In this document: one piece after another, positions 36,701-50,439 of the stretch
How the letters are laid out: every line of letters begins with the position of its first letter
How positions within the stretch are numbered: the stretch's first letter is position 1
Assembly: GCF_006345805.1 (NCBI RefSeq)
Contig: NC_042999.1
Span: 69,564,001-69,628,000 of the forward strand
Reading direction: 5' to 3'
Source: Octopus sinensis
Taxonomy: Eukaryota
DNA: 64,000 nt
Notes under the pieces: generated by a model
Seen by the model: only the letters and a program-made list of their open reading frames with translations
Database searches by the model: none
What the model was told of the DNA's origin: nothing
Translations under genes and position numbers: made by a program

Positions 36701-39133
36701 TTGGATCACATTGTTTGTTTGTTTACATCCGACGTTTTGATACGAAACGTAGCAAAAGTCAGTGCTGGCTATGAATTCTATAGAATATCTGTAAAAACAA
36801 TCTTAACGAAATAGTATTCTAAATCTCAGTTGGTCATGCTTAGGAATCCAGCCAGGAAGGGTAATGATGACTGCTTCTTATAGGACCCTACGTAGGCTCT
36901 ACCACCAAGACGAAGATAGATGCACATAGAATTTGATAGAATTGGTAGGGGCAATGGGAATTCAATAAATAAATGAGAAAGGTGGCAAATATTAAGAGCC
37001 AAGCTTTTATCCTGCTAATATTTCAATTCAAACTGAGGTCATGTCACAGAAATTAAATCTAATTTCAACAGGTCAAGACAAGTTGTCCTTTTGGTGGAGA
37101 CCAATACTATCACCCATGTTTCACTGTCTCTCTTTCTTCCAGTACTCCCCCTTCAATCATGCCTTATCTCCCTTTTTGTTTCACCAACCATAACACACAC
37201 TTTCTATTTAGTTACTTAACAACTGTTTTGTAGCTATCTACCATTATCTCTTGTATTATTCTCCCCTAATACCTTCTTGCTTTGTTCTCTTTAATTACTC
37301 TGTCAGGTTGTTCCTAACCAAGCTCCTTACCAATAACCATCATGCAGCTGTCTATCACTCCCTTACTCTCTTTTATATCGTCTTACTTCTATCACACATT
37401 CTCTCTCTAACTCTCTTCCTGCCTGGCTATATGGAAAAGAAAGAGACAAAGTAGGATAGAGAGGACTCTTTAATTTTGCTGGGGATACGATAATTTTTCA
37501 AGAGCTGGTGCCACATTAAAATGCATTCTGTCAAGTGGCTGGTTATTAAGGGAATGCAGCCATTGAAGCCAACCCTAAAATGGAATGCATGGAAAAAACG
37601 AATGGATAATGATGGTGACCAATACAAGAGTTCCCAAACCAGGTTCAGAGCAGTCCCCATCGTAAGTGGCTTGTACCTTTATTGGCAAAAAAAACATACT
37701 TGCTTTAAAGGAGGACTCCTGTCACTTGATAATAGTTGTCTCAGCACTCAGTCACCTCTGGTCCAGCGGACCATTATGATCAAAGGTATTCCAGCTATGA
37801 TCATACCAACATTTTATTTAGACATAGTGGATCTGAAACTATATTATTCAATGTCCTTATTTTGATGGCCCATCTTCAAAAGTGTCGCTGTTACTTAACG
37901 CCAAGGCAGCCGTGATTGAGCACACCTCTGACTGATCAAACATTTCAGCCGTGACCATCACCTAGCATATCTATTTTATATCTATGTCCAGGGAAAACAA
38001 CTAATATATATATATATATTTGCCAACAGGGGTACAATTTGAGATGGAATTTGACTTCTATCTAGTAAACCGAACGATCACGTAGAGTCCCACCCCCGCT
38101 CTATCCCGGACAAGATTAGCAACTAGTTAAATAGTTAAATCTAATTTATATATTTATCTAACTTCAGCCGACTTTCGTGGCAAATGGCGAATACTCGCAG
38201 ACCGTTCGTTGTAATATCGGATACAGAATTATCCATTTTAAAAGTTCCAAAAATCAACGAGAAGTAAAAAGCATTCGAGTAAATAAACCCCTTGCTCTTC
38301 ACTTGCTGGGTTCTTAATTTATCGACCCCGTGCGAACGAAAAGTAATGTTGATCTCGTTGGGATTTGAACATAAAACGTAAAAAGCCGAAACAGGTAATA
38401 CGAAGTATTAGGTAAACAGTACAAAATAGTACAAAAAACAGTACAAAATAGTCGCGATATTATAAGAAAAAATTGCAGACGATTGAATGATCAGTCCCGA
38501 TTGAGCAGAACTATAAAGACGTTTTAGCCGCGACCATCCCGTCTGGAGCTCCCTTCACCCAAAAGTATCTCTAAACCAAATAATTTAATGCGTCTTTCTC
38601 TTTTCTTTTAAGACAGTGTGCATTACCAGGGATTTGGTTGCTATATCTAGCAGGCTGAGTGGACCGTGCTGCGCCTCCCTTGGTTGGCGGGTCAGATGTT
38701 TTAAGTATAAAAGACTAGGTGTATATAATCTCATTTAGCTCCGCTAATGATATGCTGGATTCGTGTGACACACCGAGACAAAACAAAGCCAAAATAAGAC
38801 AACTGAGTGAGACCGGACACCATTAAAAAAAACACCGGCGAGAAAAAATAAAGAGGTCAGGCTAACGTAGGCTAAAAGTAACGCCCACCATCTACCCCTG
38901 GACATATGCATACACAATATACACACAAACACACGATAAACTTACAATTTATATATGTATCATACAGACTCAGTGTGTCTGTGTGTATTTATGCATTAAA
39001 TACATGCACCACAATATATATATATATATATTGGTAAAACGGTAAGATAACAAAAGAAAGAGAGAGACCTCAATATCATGTAAATAGAGGAAATTTATCT
39101 ATACAATGATATGTTACATTACTCGATAGTCAA

Positions 39134-39191
39134 GATAATACTCTGAGTTTCAGATGCCGAAGTGGGAATCTACGACATCTCTTCGGTTATC
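39134..39191 (-). ncRNA. Degenerate type I hammerhead motif of a second family, inside a 144-bp hairpin
   Basis: Minus strand: gataa C(C)GAAGA gatgtcg..cggcatc t GAAA ctc a gag TA ttatc. Stems I, II and III all pair and the triplet is GUA, but U4>C. Confidence 0.5.
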
Positions 39192-39769
39192 TGGCTATTT
39201 GAAAACTCAGAGTTTTATCTTGACTATCGAGTAATGTAACATATCATTATATATATATATATATATATACATACACACACACACACACACACATAGACAG
39301 ACAGAGTATGTATGCGCATGTATTTTGCAAGTCTACAACGGCTATATAATACAAATCTAATATTTAATTTAAAAAAAAACATTCTACAGTAATACAGTAA
39401 AAAAAAAAAAAATCACCGAGATAAAGACTATAAAATTTATCAATCAATTCAAGAAACAAACCGACCCCGAGTGGTGTTTAACAGTAAAATATCTAAGTAT
39501 AAGGTCCGTAGCTATATATTTTAGGGGCCCAATACCGAGATGCATAGATATTTGCAGCTTGTATATTTATTTGGACGGGACTTTTCATTCAAACGAATCC
39601 CGCCTACAGCAAATTAATTTAAAGACTATAAATACGTCACCCAACATTTTTCAAAAGTCGTTTTATTAACTATCCTCGGGGTTGGGGGAGGGAAATTTTT
39701 TTTTAAAAATCGATGAGTTTTCAAAGAAAAGAAGGAAAGTATAAAAGAAAAAGAGAGAAAAAAAATCCA

Positions 39770-40195
39770 AGAGAATCACGTTTGCGTGAGAGAAGGAAGT
39801 GAGAGATAAACGGAAGTGAGCACGGAGTTATGGCTTATGTGGCAGCACAGCAGTCGATAGAGCTTGACTAGCAACGTGTACACGCCATACGTAGACACTA
39901 CAACTTAAAAACCTCCACCTTGCAAATTATACATAACCATAACCCTTCGTCTTGTCTCCCTGCTCTCTTTACTGTTGCTACTGCTGCTACTACTACTACT
40001 ACTAGAACTCAGTCACACACCCCCACAGTCGGTCGCCGCCGACGTCTCGATACTTCATGAGGCAGGGTTGAAGACAAACCGTCAAACTCTCTTCCTCGCA
40101 GATATTGACATTCCATCGAAAACGGCAGGATGTTGCTAAAACCTCTTAGTACTTACATTGATTGTTATATATTTATAGTATGTGTGTGAGTAGGA
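39770..40195. promoter_or_regulatory. CpG-rich, TE-free promoter-like or UTR-like segment in KDELR intron 1
   Basis: Two ETS-type GGAAGTG motifs (39795-39801, 39812-39818), dense CpG, a (CTA)n UTR-like tract, and donor-like sites on both strands near 40150-40190. Confidence 0.35.
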
Positions 40196-41243
40196 GAGGG
40201 GAGAGAGAATATTTCGCAGGGTTCTGGAAGAAGTACCTTGTGAATCATTTCCTGATTTCTTTGTGTGTGTGTGTGTGTTAGCTAACTTTTATGCCGAGCC
40301 AGCAAAATGGAAATATTTACAACGAAGCATTCTAATAGTGTTTTTTACGTAGGTTTCACTGCAGATTTCAGCAAAAAAAAATCAGCAAGATTTAACTGCA
40401 TAGCCATATACAGCACTATCATCACAACAACCAACATAATAATTTTAGTTGGCATGCAACTGATGGTTAGTTCAAAGGCAAGCCTGATGCAACAGACCTA
40501 TGATCAAAGGTAGAACCATCCAGTCTTTTTTTTTCAAGGTGGTAGGTTATTTGAAAGAGGGGGATTTGGCTGGTATTTTTTTTTTTTTACATAGATGGAG
40601 CACGCATGAATATATATAAAGGCGATGCAGCATGGTTTGAGATGATGTGTATAATTTGGCTGCTATTTTTAGCATGTCGAGTAATCACACACCTTCTCCA
40701 ATGATTTCTGAAAAGTTGTTTCTATAAACTTATTAATAAACAATGTTTACATTAAATATTTATATCAAACGATATTTAAATAGTGCAGGGGATAAGTGTT
40801 TAAAATTAGTGGGTGAGGGGGTAGGGTATTCGTTCAAATAAAGCTAACAAATTAAATATATGATTGGCATTGAATAAAAACTACCACAGACTATACAACA
40901 TCCACTGCTCACTTACCTCATATATTTATACATATATGTATGTAAGCGAGTATGTATGTATGAGCACACCTGCATATAGGTATGTATGTGCGCGTGGAAG
41001 AGACACAGTTATCGGGGTGGAGAACTTCCTTGATAATTCGTACTCGTTACTACTGAAGCCAAATTTTAAACCTAGCGCAGGTGTTCAATTAATTAACCAG
41101 TTACAGTAACACAAAAACAAACAAAAAAAAATCACAGGGATTTACAGGTGCGTTCAATATAGTAATGAATGAAGGTTAAAGATCCCGAACATGGGATGTT
41201 GCAAGATATCTGCAATTATGAACCGAACAAAAAGCACACACAC

Positions 41244-41308
<65 letters not shown>

Positions 41309-41819
41309 ATCTACGCATTCCAAGTTATAGCAACAATTTAGTTCTAAGGCAATGGTATATAAATCCATAAAATACTTTTGCTGCAGATAAAATTGTAAAA
41401 TGTTCTCAAAAAAGGTGCAAAGAATTCAGAAATTTCTTGAAAGAGATTAATATTTATCACTGATAACCAACTTTATCTCAGAAGTAACCTGCAATATAAT
41501 CTAACGCCTCCCATTTCAAGCGAGTAGGACGAGTTTACCAGTGTCGGATTAGAGCGATGTTATAATACATTAACATCTTTGTTTCATTAATGGTGCGTTC
41601 TTGCAAAGCGTTATACAATAAAAGGTTGAAATGCTGTGTTAAAAGCTGGAAGACATTTGGCCGTTTAATATAAATAAATGAAGCAATAGTATATTATAGT
41701 TTCTGAAGTAAAGTTATGAATGAACCGGTGTAAAGTTGTCAGTTTGAAGAGAGAGGGAGAAAAAAAAGACAGCAGTCCGAGAGACGGAGGTGAAAGGAAG
41801 GCATTAAATATTAGCTAAC

Positions 41820-41910
41820 CTGCACAAGATCTTGTCTTCCATATTTTCAGCAGCAATATAATGATTGCCAACAAATGTGACATATCTCCAATGAGCCTGA
41901 AAATATTCAT
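41820..41910 (-). CDS. KDELR: KDEL receptor (ERD2) coding exon 1
   Basis: Minus strand translates [31 protein letters not shown] (91 nt), followed by donor GTTAGC. This is the characteristic ERD2 N-terminus with R5 and H12. Too short for the ORF track. Confidence 0.97.
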
Positions 41911-42070
41911 GTTGGATGCTTAGTTCAAGTGTGGCTGGTGTTGTTGTTGTTGGTCTTGTCTCTCACACCTTCTGCAATGTCTCCACTTGTGAGGACGTGG
42001 CGCTAACAGGATTCTGGGAAATCAGAGAAACATCCGGTAAAAGGGAAATAACTCTATCACACTATTCCAT
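41911..42070 (-). promoter_or_regulatory. KDELR: KDELR 5' UTR / proximal promoter region
   Basis: TE-free, CpG-containing segment immediately upstream of the ATG, ending where SINE sequence resumes (~42160). TSS cannot be determined from sequence. Confidence 0.45.
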
Positions 42071-43664
42071 TCCTATCGAAATGTGTCAAATAATATTCTA
42101 GCTGATTGCTGTCACTTTTACTTCTACCCCGTAACCCCATCAAATCTATGATTAATTTTACATAAGCACAAAGCCGTAAATTTTAGGGGAGGGAACAGTC
42201 GGTTATATCGACCCATAAGGGTTGGCTGGTACTTTATTTTATCGACCCAGAAAGAATGAACGGCAAAGATGACCTCAGCTTGATTTGAACTGAGAACGTA
42301 AAGAGCCGGCCAAAAGACCACGAGAAAAACATAAATATATCTTATATTGATGATATTTAAGATGAAATATAACTTATTATTTTAGTTATTATATTTGTGT
42401 TTAATTTCTCTTTTATATTGCATCATGGTTTCGATGATGGTTCTTTACCATTTTTTTTTTTTCAGAAAAATGCTGACTAAACGAATAGTTCTTCACATTC
42501 TCAAGTTTTGTTTTTTTAATATTTTTTGAACAGTGACAATCCCTCCAACTCATTAATTTATACGTGTCGTTAAGTTTTCTAGTCGAAGTTTTTGATGTTT
42601 ATCGAATTTGATGGCATAAATAGACGCACATTTTTTTCACCCCGCAAAATTACATGATTTCCTACGTGAAGCTGCTTCAAATATTACATGTGTGTGTGTG
42701 CCTTTGTCCCCTAAAAGTTGTTTTGTTGTTGCTTTTCCCTAAATATGCCCTGCTGACATCTTGTGCTTCTATTATGCCCTTGCAGTTTTTATGCCATCAA
42801 ATACGATCTATCTACTTTTTAATATACTATTACATTTTAATCTTGCAACGCCCAAACCAACGACGGAACCACCACGTGTTCGCATGATTTACTAGAAATA
42901 ACTGCCAAATCACCCTCAAATGACACTTTACTGTTATAAAAAAGAGAGAGAGAGAGAGAGAAAAGAAAGATTGGATAATGTTTACCATATATAAATGTAT
43001 ACAAGAAAACAGGGGTGAAAAGCTTGTAGTTGTAGGTTTGTCGGCTCGATCAGGGCTAGGCTGAGGCTAAAAAAAATATTTGTACAAAGCGTAAAACTTT
43101 GAGCGAGAGGACTTTGTCAAATAAAATGATCCCGCTACGTGGATGATATTTTACTTTAGGAACCCAGTGGGATGAAAGGCAGAGTTGACAACAGTAACAT
43201 GTGAACCCAGAGAATAGAGCAAAGCATTTCTTCCGACGCTCTTACATTATATGTGCTCTCACATGTATCTTTTATCATCATCGATTAACGTCCGCTTTCC
43301 ATGCTGGCTTGGGTTGGACGGTTTAACTGAGGAATGGAGTGCCAGCAGCTGCACCAGACTCTAATCTGATCTGGCAATGTTTCTGCAGCTGGATGCCCAT
43401 CCTAACGCCAACCACTCCGAGAGTGCAGCGGGTGCTTTTACGTGCCACCGGCACGAGGGCCAGTCAGGTGGTATTGGCAACGGCCACGCTCAAATGGTGT
43501 TTTTTACGTGCCACCTACACAGGAGCCGGGCTAGCGGCACTGGCAACGACCTCGATCGAATGTTGTTTTTCACGTGCCACTGACACAAGTGCCAGTAAGG
43601 CGACGCTGGTAACGATCACACTCGAATGATGCTTTTTACATGCCACCGGCACGGAAGCCAGTTA

Positions 43665-44190
43665 ATTTCTTTATTAACCACGAGGTTGAGAGAAAGAAGG
43701 GAAGATACGAGGACAGACAAAACAAACATTGGGGTTAGGGTATCGAATGAGACGAAATGTATGAATAAACAAACAAAATATATACAATTAAATGAGAATG
43801 AGTAATTTACAAAAAAATGAAGCGGAGGACGCGGTCGATCCCACAAACCACATACTCACACTGAAGACTTTGCTTTCTCCTTTTTACATTCTCGTTTAAA
43901 CAGGTTCTTTCACTCGCAACATACTTGCTATAGACTTCCGTCTTTTACGAAACACACTTTGCGACAGGCATTTCTTCTCCAGCCTTATTTTCCGTTTCAT
44001 GTGGAAAACGAAAAAGTCGATTAGCTCGAGACTGGAGATGAACATGCCTGTTGCAATTCCTTTCACTCTCGTCTTCCATACTACCTCTTTCGCAACAGAA
44101 ACTACCGAGAGAAAACAGGCTCACTCCTCCCTATTCAGAGAGGTCTTAATTACAGATTCGCTCGACAGTTGTACTCTTCTCGAATGTGAG
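43665..44190 (-). mobile_element. Tx1/L1-like LINE 3' end nested in a family-B repeat
   Basis: Minus frame: ACFLSVVSVAKEVVWKTRVKGIATGMFISSLELIDFFVFHMKRKIRLEKKCLSQSVFRKRRKSIASMLRVKEPV*, then a 3' UTR ending cctcgtggttaataagaaa. The host repeat resumes at ~44190. Clade call is by resemblance. Confidence 0.6.
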
Positions 44191-44254
44191 CGGCCCTGGC
44201 AACGATCACGCTCGGATGGTGCTATATATATATATATGTATATTTTTTTATTCT

Positions 44255-44615
44255 TTTACTTGTTTCAGTCATTTGACTGCGGCCATGCTGGAGTACCGCT
44301 TTTAGTCGAGCAAATCGACCCCAGGACTTATTTTTTGTAAGCCTAGTACTTATTCTATCGATCGCTTTTACCGAACCGCTAAATTACGGGGACGTAAAAA
44401 CACCAGCATCGGTTGTCAAGCGATGTTGGGGGGACAAACACAGACATAAACACACACACACACACACATATAATACGACGGGTTTCTTTCAGTTTCCGTC
44501 TACCAAATCCACTCACAAGGCTTTGGTCGGCCCGTGGATACGGTAGAAGACACTTGCCCAACGTGACACGCAGTGAGACTGAACCCGGAACAATGTGGTT
44601 GGTAAGCACATGTAT
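44255..44615 (-). mobile_element. SINE family C, CpG-intact copy
   Basis: Reverse of the family C consensus with nearly all CpGs retained. Confidence 0.85.
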
Positions 44616-44849
44616 ATATCTATGCGTATGTATATATCTATACGTGTGTGTCTGTGTTTGTCACACCACCACCACCGCCGCTTGACAACCTGTGTTGGTG
44701 TGTTTAAGTAGCCGTAACTTAGAGACCGATGGAATAAGTATTTGGCTTAAAACAAGTTCTGGAGTCGATTTGTTCGACTAAAATCCTTCAAGGCGGTGTC
44801 TCATCATGGACACAGTCTAATGACTGAAGCAAGTAAAAGAAAAAGATTT

Positions 44850-45180
44850 GTTCCACTGCTTGGCACCTTGAGCAAATGTCTTCTACTATAGTCCCGGGCC
44901 GACCAAAGTCTTGTGAGTGAATTTGGTAGATGGAAACTGAAAGAAGCCCGTCGTATATATATATATATATCTGTGTGTGTCTGTGTCTGCCCCCCCCCCA
45001 TACACACACTCTTGACAACCGAGGCTAGTGTGTTTACGTCCTCGTATTCTAGCGGTTCGGCAAACGCGACCGATAGAATAAGTACTAGGCTTACAAAGAA
45101 TAAATCCTGGGATCAATTTGTTCGACTAAAGGCGGTGCTCCATCATGGCTGTAGTCAAATGACTGAAACAAATAAAAGAA
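44850..45180 (+). mobile_element. SINE family C, CpG-intact copy (head truncated)
   Basis: ggcaccttgagcaaatgtcttctactatag ... gactgaaacaaataaaaga. Confidence 0.85.
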
Positions 45181-48100
45181 TATATATATATATATATGAA
45201 CGAGATCGATGGCAGGATCGCCTGACTGCCCCCGCCCCTCCCACCTCCGTAAAAAGTACCATCTGAATGTGGCCTATGCCAGCACCCGCTGACTGGCCCT
45301 CGTGCCGGTAGCACGTAAAAAACACAATCTGAACGTGGCTGATGCTAGTACCCGATGACTGGCCCCCATATCGGTGGCACGTAAAAAGCACCATCCAAAC
45401 GTGGCCGATGCCAGTACCCGCTGCGGTGGCACGTAAAAAGCACTATCCGAATGTGAGCGACGCTAGGCCCACCTGACTGGTTCCTGTGCCGGTGGCATGT
45501 AAAAAGCACCCACTATACTCTCGGAGTGGTTGGCGTTAGCAAGGGCATCCAGCTGTAGAAACATTGCCAGATCAGATTGAAGCCTGGTGCCGCCGCTGGA
45601 TCTCAAGACCTCAGTTAAACCGTCAATTCATTAGGGCCGTTTCAAGCGACTCCTTTAATTGATTAATGAAAACATTACATCTGAGTCACTTGAAACAGCC
45701 GTAATGAATTGGCACCTGTGCATCTTTGTTACTCATATTTTATTCATCTAACTTAGGATCTGCTCTTCTGAAATACTATAGAAAGGACCTTTATAAAAGT
45801 ACATGTCTGAATTCCAAGAGCGGATATCTTCACTTAGCTGGGTTGCGTTGTCTGAACACACGGCAGGAATATCAGGTACAAACACCCATGCACGGAGTTT
45901 TGATATTCAATAATCAATTAATATTGTTTGAGGGTGCGGATTATACCGACCTAGGAAAGTACCTCAATTTAAGTACCTAATTTAACGGAACCTTAATTAT
46001 ATATAAATATATACACGACGGATTTCTTTCAGTTCCCGTCTACTAAATTCACTCACAAGGCTTTGATCACTATCAGATATATTTCGGCTGCGTTTTGAGT
46101 TAAAGAATACAGATCTTTTCACCCAACCAAAATCTTAGTCTTAAAACTGAAAACATCGCGCAAAAAATTTATACAGGAGTCTTTTTTATTCTAGCTATTT
46201 TTAAAGTTACATATTTTCGGGTTTATTTAGTCAATACATCTGCTAATAGGTAATCATGATAAACAAACGATACAAATGACCAGACAGAGAAATAGATATA
46301 CAAAAAATAAATGTAAGATAAAAATCTGTTTATATATTTACATTTAAACGTAATGCAGCGAGCTGACAGAAGCATTAACACAGCAGATAAGATGCTTAGC
46401 GGCATTTAATCCATCTTTACATTCTGAATTCAAATTCCGCCGATGTCAACTTTGCTTTCGTTCATTCAGGGTCGATAAAATAAGTGTCAATTTACCCTCT
46501 CCCCTAAAATTGCAGGCCGTGTGTCAAAATTTGAAATCAACGTTTGCATTTAAATGTCTGCGTGAGTATTGTCGCGTCCCGAATATAAGCTTCCTACAAA
46601 TCAAAGCTCTCACTTGAGTCAACTTTACTTTTTACGCCTTTTACATAAATTATAGCAGTAAAACATCAGATGAGAATATTGGTAAACCTCATTCACTAAC
46701 TCCCTATTAAGTATAAATGCTACCATAGTTTGTCAGTCCGGATGTAGCTTGTGGTCTCGAAATCTTTGATGTTACTCCACAACCATTTCATATTTATTAT
46801 TCTTTCTCATATCGGAACAAGGCTTGAACTTTGTGGGGAGGTGACTAGTAGATTATATTGATCCCAGTTCTCAACTGGTGCTTTATTTTATCGATTTTGA
46901 ACTCAGAACGTAAAACCGGAGGAAATGCCAGTTGCAATGGACACAAAGGACAAAGATCCTTCCAGAGACATATAGACACATAGGGCCAGTTCACCCCGCT
47001 CCCCACTTATCTGTTGCAGGAGGACTCAAGCAACATGGGATGAAGTGTTTTGTTCAGGAACACAATGTGTCACCCGGCCCAGGAACTGAAACCACCATCT
47101 TACGATCACTAGTCCAACACCATAACCACCAAGCCACTCACAATGAACATATTTCTGAAAAAATAAACTTCCCATCTATGAATTTTACTGGGGTACCTGA
47201 GAAAATGCTGCTTCTGTATATTGTATTTTACATCTAGAATATGGTTACCCGACTGACTAAAGAACTTTGGCTCACCAGAATGCAATCACCATGAGCTTAC
47301 AGTTGCGCTGTCCGCTGCACCATTGTATGCTTTCACTGCTATAACAACGGTTTCTCTTCTTTTGAAATACTAAGCTTTATACTAACCCTAAGCGATTCAG
47401 ACAACTTGCTCTTCTCATCAACTGTTCTGTATTAAACACTCCAGCCAACTCTTCTTTTTCCAAATTGCAGCCTACAGATTTCAGGTTCTGTCTTTATTTC
47501 AGCTGTTTGGAATGATTTGTAAAAGTAACGGACGGTGAACTTCAACTACGATAATAAAAATTATACACTTCCTTCCTTCCTTCCTTCCATCCATCCACTC
47601 AAGACACCCCCCCCCCACACACACACACACATACATACATATTCGTGAGTAAATGCTTAACTGACGTCCTAGATAAGCTTAGATTTTCAGAAAAAGAAAT
47701 CAACCAACGCACATATTACAAAAATAATCAATAAGTGGAACAGTAAAAATATACAAGACTTTTCTAAAATTTAAAATGGGACATTGCTTTTGTTATCTAC
47801 AATCCAACGATGCATCATTGAATCTTTGTTAGAAATCAGCTCCTTCCTCAGAGGAAAAATTTTAATAATTAAAAGCAGAAGGGAACAGAATAGAAAAGTA
47901 ATGCTTCTTTTACTTTATTAATCATGTTGGTGAATAACAAAATTATGTTAAAATTATATCAAAATGTGAACAGCAAAATTAAGAATGACAGGTTATTCAG
48001 AACGCTCGTGCGTCAGTATTTTTAAAAACCTTAAATTATATTGTTAAAGTTTGTAGGACACCTGGGATAACTTTTGTAGTATACAAGTCTGCTGTGACAC

Positions 48101-50378
48101 ACGGTTTGAAAACCGTTACTCTGTTCTATGTGAGTCCTACAGACAGCAACGAATGATTTGATGCGATTTTAACTGTTTATTTATTGTCACTGTGTAGATA
48201 CCTCTATGTGGTTATTCGACTTGCTATAAAAATAGCAGCCAACACAAAAACATACCCTGTCTTCTTATCATGAATTATATCGTAGTTCAACCCTTCTTAG
48301 GCTAAATTTTTGCCACCAAGTTATTTTGAATAAATAATTTTCTGAAGTATTATTTTTTAACATTTTTCAATTTAGCGATTCGAAATGGATCATGCTCAAG
48401 GGAGACAACTATGAATATTTTGCCACTATTGCTATGTCTCGAGGTTAACGCTGACTTTATGGTCTTGATCGAAGGGGAAAAACTATTGACTTTAACAAGA
48501 TAAAGTTGTTGTCCTTATAACAGACAATATGTTCGGCATAGTAATGTCGTATAATAAAATATAAGAATAATTTCTATTGGATGCAGCTGTACAAGGGAAC
48601 GAACGAATCACAGTTTGATAAATTCGTTTTATTGATTATGAATATATAAAAATCAATGTAGAAGCCAACAGGCTATAAGATAACTAGTTAAATTCCAGCT
48701 GTGTCAACACAGAGTCTGTTCTGAATAAATAAAAAGAAAATATCTATAAGTTACACTGACCAGAATCATTATTATGTAAAAATTTATTCCAATTCACTCA
48801 ACTGTTTTTTCAAAAGTACTTTCTGGAGCTAATTTAGACACTCGAGCAAAAAATTCTGAGTTGAGGGTTGGTTGATATCCCTTCACAGTATTACTTAATT
48901 TGTACTTTGTTTAATCGACCGGGACGGAATGGAAGGCAATTTTAACCTCGGCGGTGTTTGAACTTAAAGAAGCGGGATTAATGCCGTTAAGCATTTTCCC
49001 GACGCTCGCCGCTTTCAACTACTTATTAAAACGTTAGCATGTTTCTGACTAAAATAACTCATTTACATAATGGTACAAGATTAATTAGTCAACATTAATT
49101 ACCATAGTATGGGTTATATACGAACTAGAGTTTTAACGGATAAATATGGATTTATATCTTTGCAGAAAATATGGTATATATACAGTCATTATCATTTAAC
49201 TTCTATCGAATTTCTTAGTGTTTACACAAGACGATGTAATAAATTGTAATTTTCAAAAGAAAAATATAAAATAAAACCAAATAAAATTCCTACGCGCGTA
49301 TTCATTACTAATATGTTCCGGCAGATTCGAACGCGAATATACTAGACACTGTTGTACTTTTGTTTACGGAGAGCTTCTTTTTTTCTCATTTGTATAACCC
49401 CTCCCGTAACTTCTCTGTCCTTTTCCTCTGTCTCTAATATACTTTCTCTCTCATTGTCTGTGTAGCCTCCTTTTATTCATTGCCTGCCACTAAGCCTAGT
49501 ATGTACTCTCATCTTGCACTTCTTACGTTAACTCCCTCTGCATCTCTCTTTTATTCTCTCTATCTCTCTCTCCTACTCTCCCTCTTTCTATGCAATATAA
49601 AGCGTGACTTGAGAACCAACAAGTATTTATGTCAGCTATTATTGTATAGAGTTAAAAGGTAACAAGCTGGCAAAATTATTATGTTCTAAGTTAAAATGCC
49701 GCCGGATTCGACTTTACCTTTCATCTACTCGAGATCGATAAAACAAGTACCAGCTGTGCACTGGAGTCGATATAATCGACATAACCCTCCCACCAAACTC
49801 GCTGTCCTTGTGTCAAAACCTAAAGCCCTTATTATATAAACATAAATTTAGTCACTTTAAAGCGTCTAGATTCATGTTTCTATTACATTGGTTTCACAAG
49901 CTCACGAGGGCTCGTTGCAGAATTACTCCATCCTAGGGGTCACTGTTACCAATTTTTAGATCTGTGCACCGAAACAACATGAAACGACGTGTCTTACCCA
50001 AGAATAAAAGTGATGCCAGATCTCAGACTCGAACCCACGACTGGATGATCATGAACCCCGTACGCTAACCATAAGGCCACGCTCCTTCGCACACGGCATA
50101 ATACGAATATTAATCGAGATACACTTTTTTCATATTGTGTCTCTAATGAAATGGAAATTCGCTTCTCACGATACAAAAAATTATTCCATTTAGTAATTTT
50201 ATATAATATAGATAAGGCACAGGCGTGGTTGTGTGGTTAAGAATCTCTCTTCGCAACCACGTAGTTTTGGGTTCATTCTTGTTGCGTGGCACCCTTAAGT
50301 ATCATTTACTATAGACCTGAGCTCAGTACCTTGTGAATTTGATAGATAGAAACTGTGGAAATGCGCTGCATGTGTGTA

Positions 50379-50428
<50 letters not shown>

Positions 50429-50439
50429 ATTGTCACTTA

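Noticed and set aside
37450-37720. 114-aa ORF in KDELR intron 1 (37521-37865)
   Set aside because: Appears to be a decayed LINE remnant running into a SINE; no splice or coding support.
43850-43870. Strong minus-strand donor (cagt|gtgagtatg) suggesting an upstream KDELR exon
   Set aside because: Lies within the 3' UTR of the Tx1-like fragment, and the KDELR CDS is already complete from ATG 41910.
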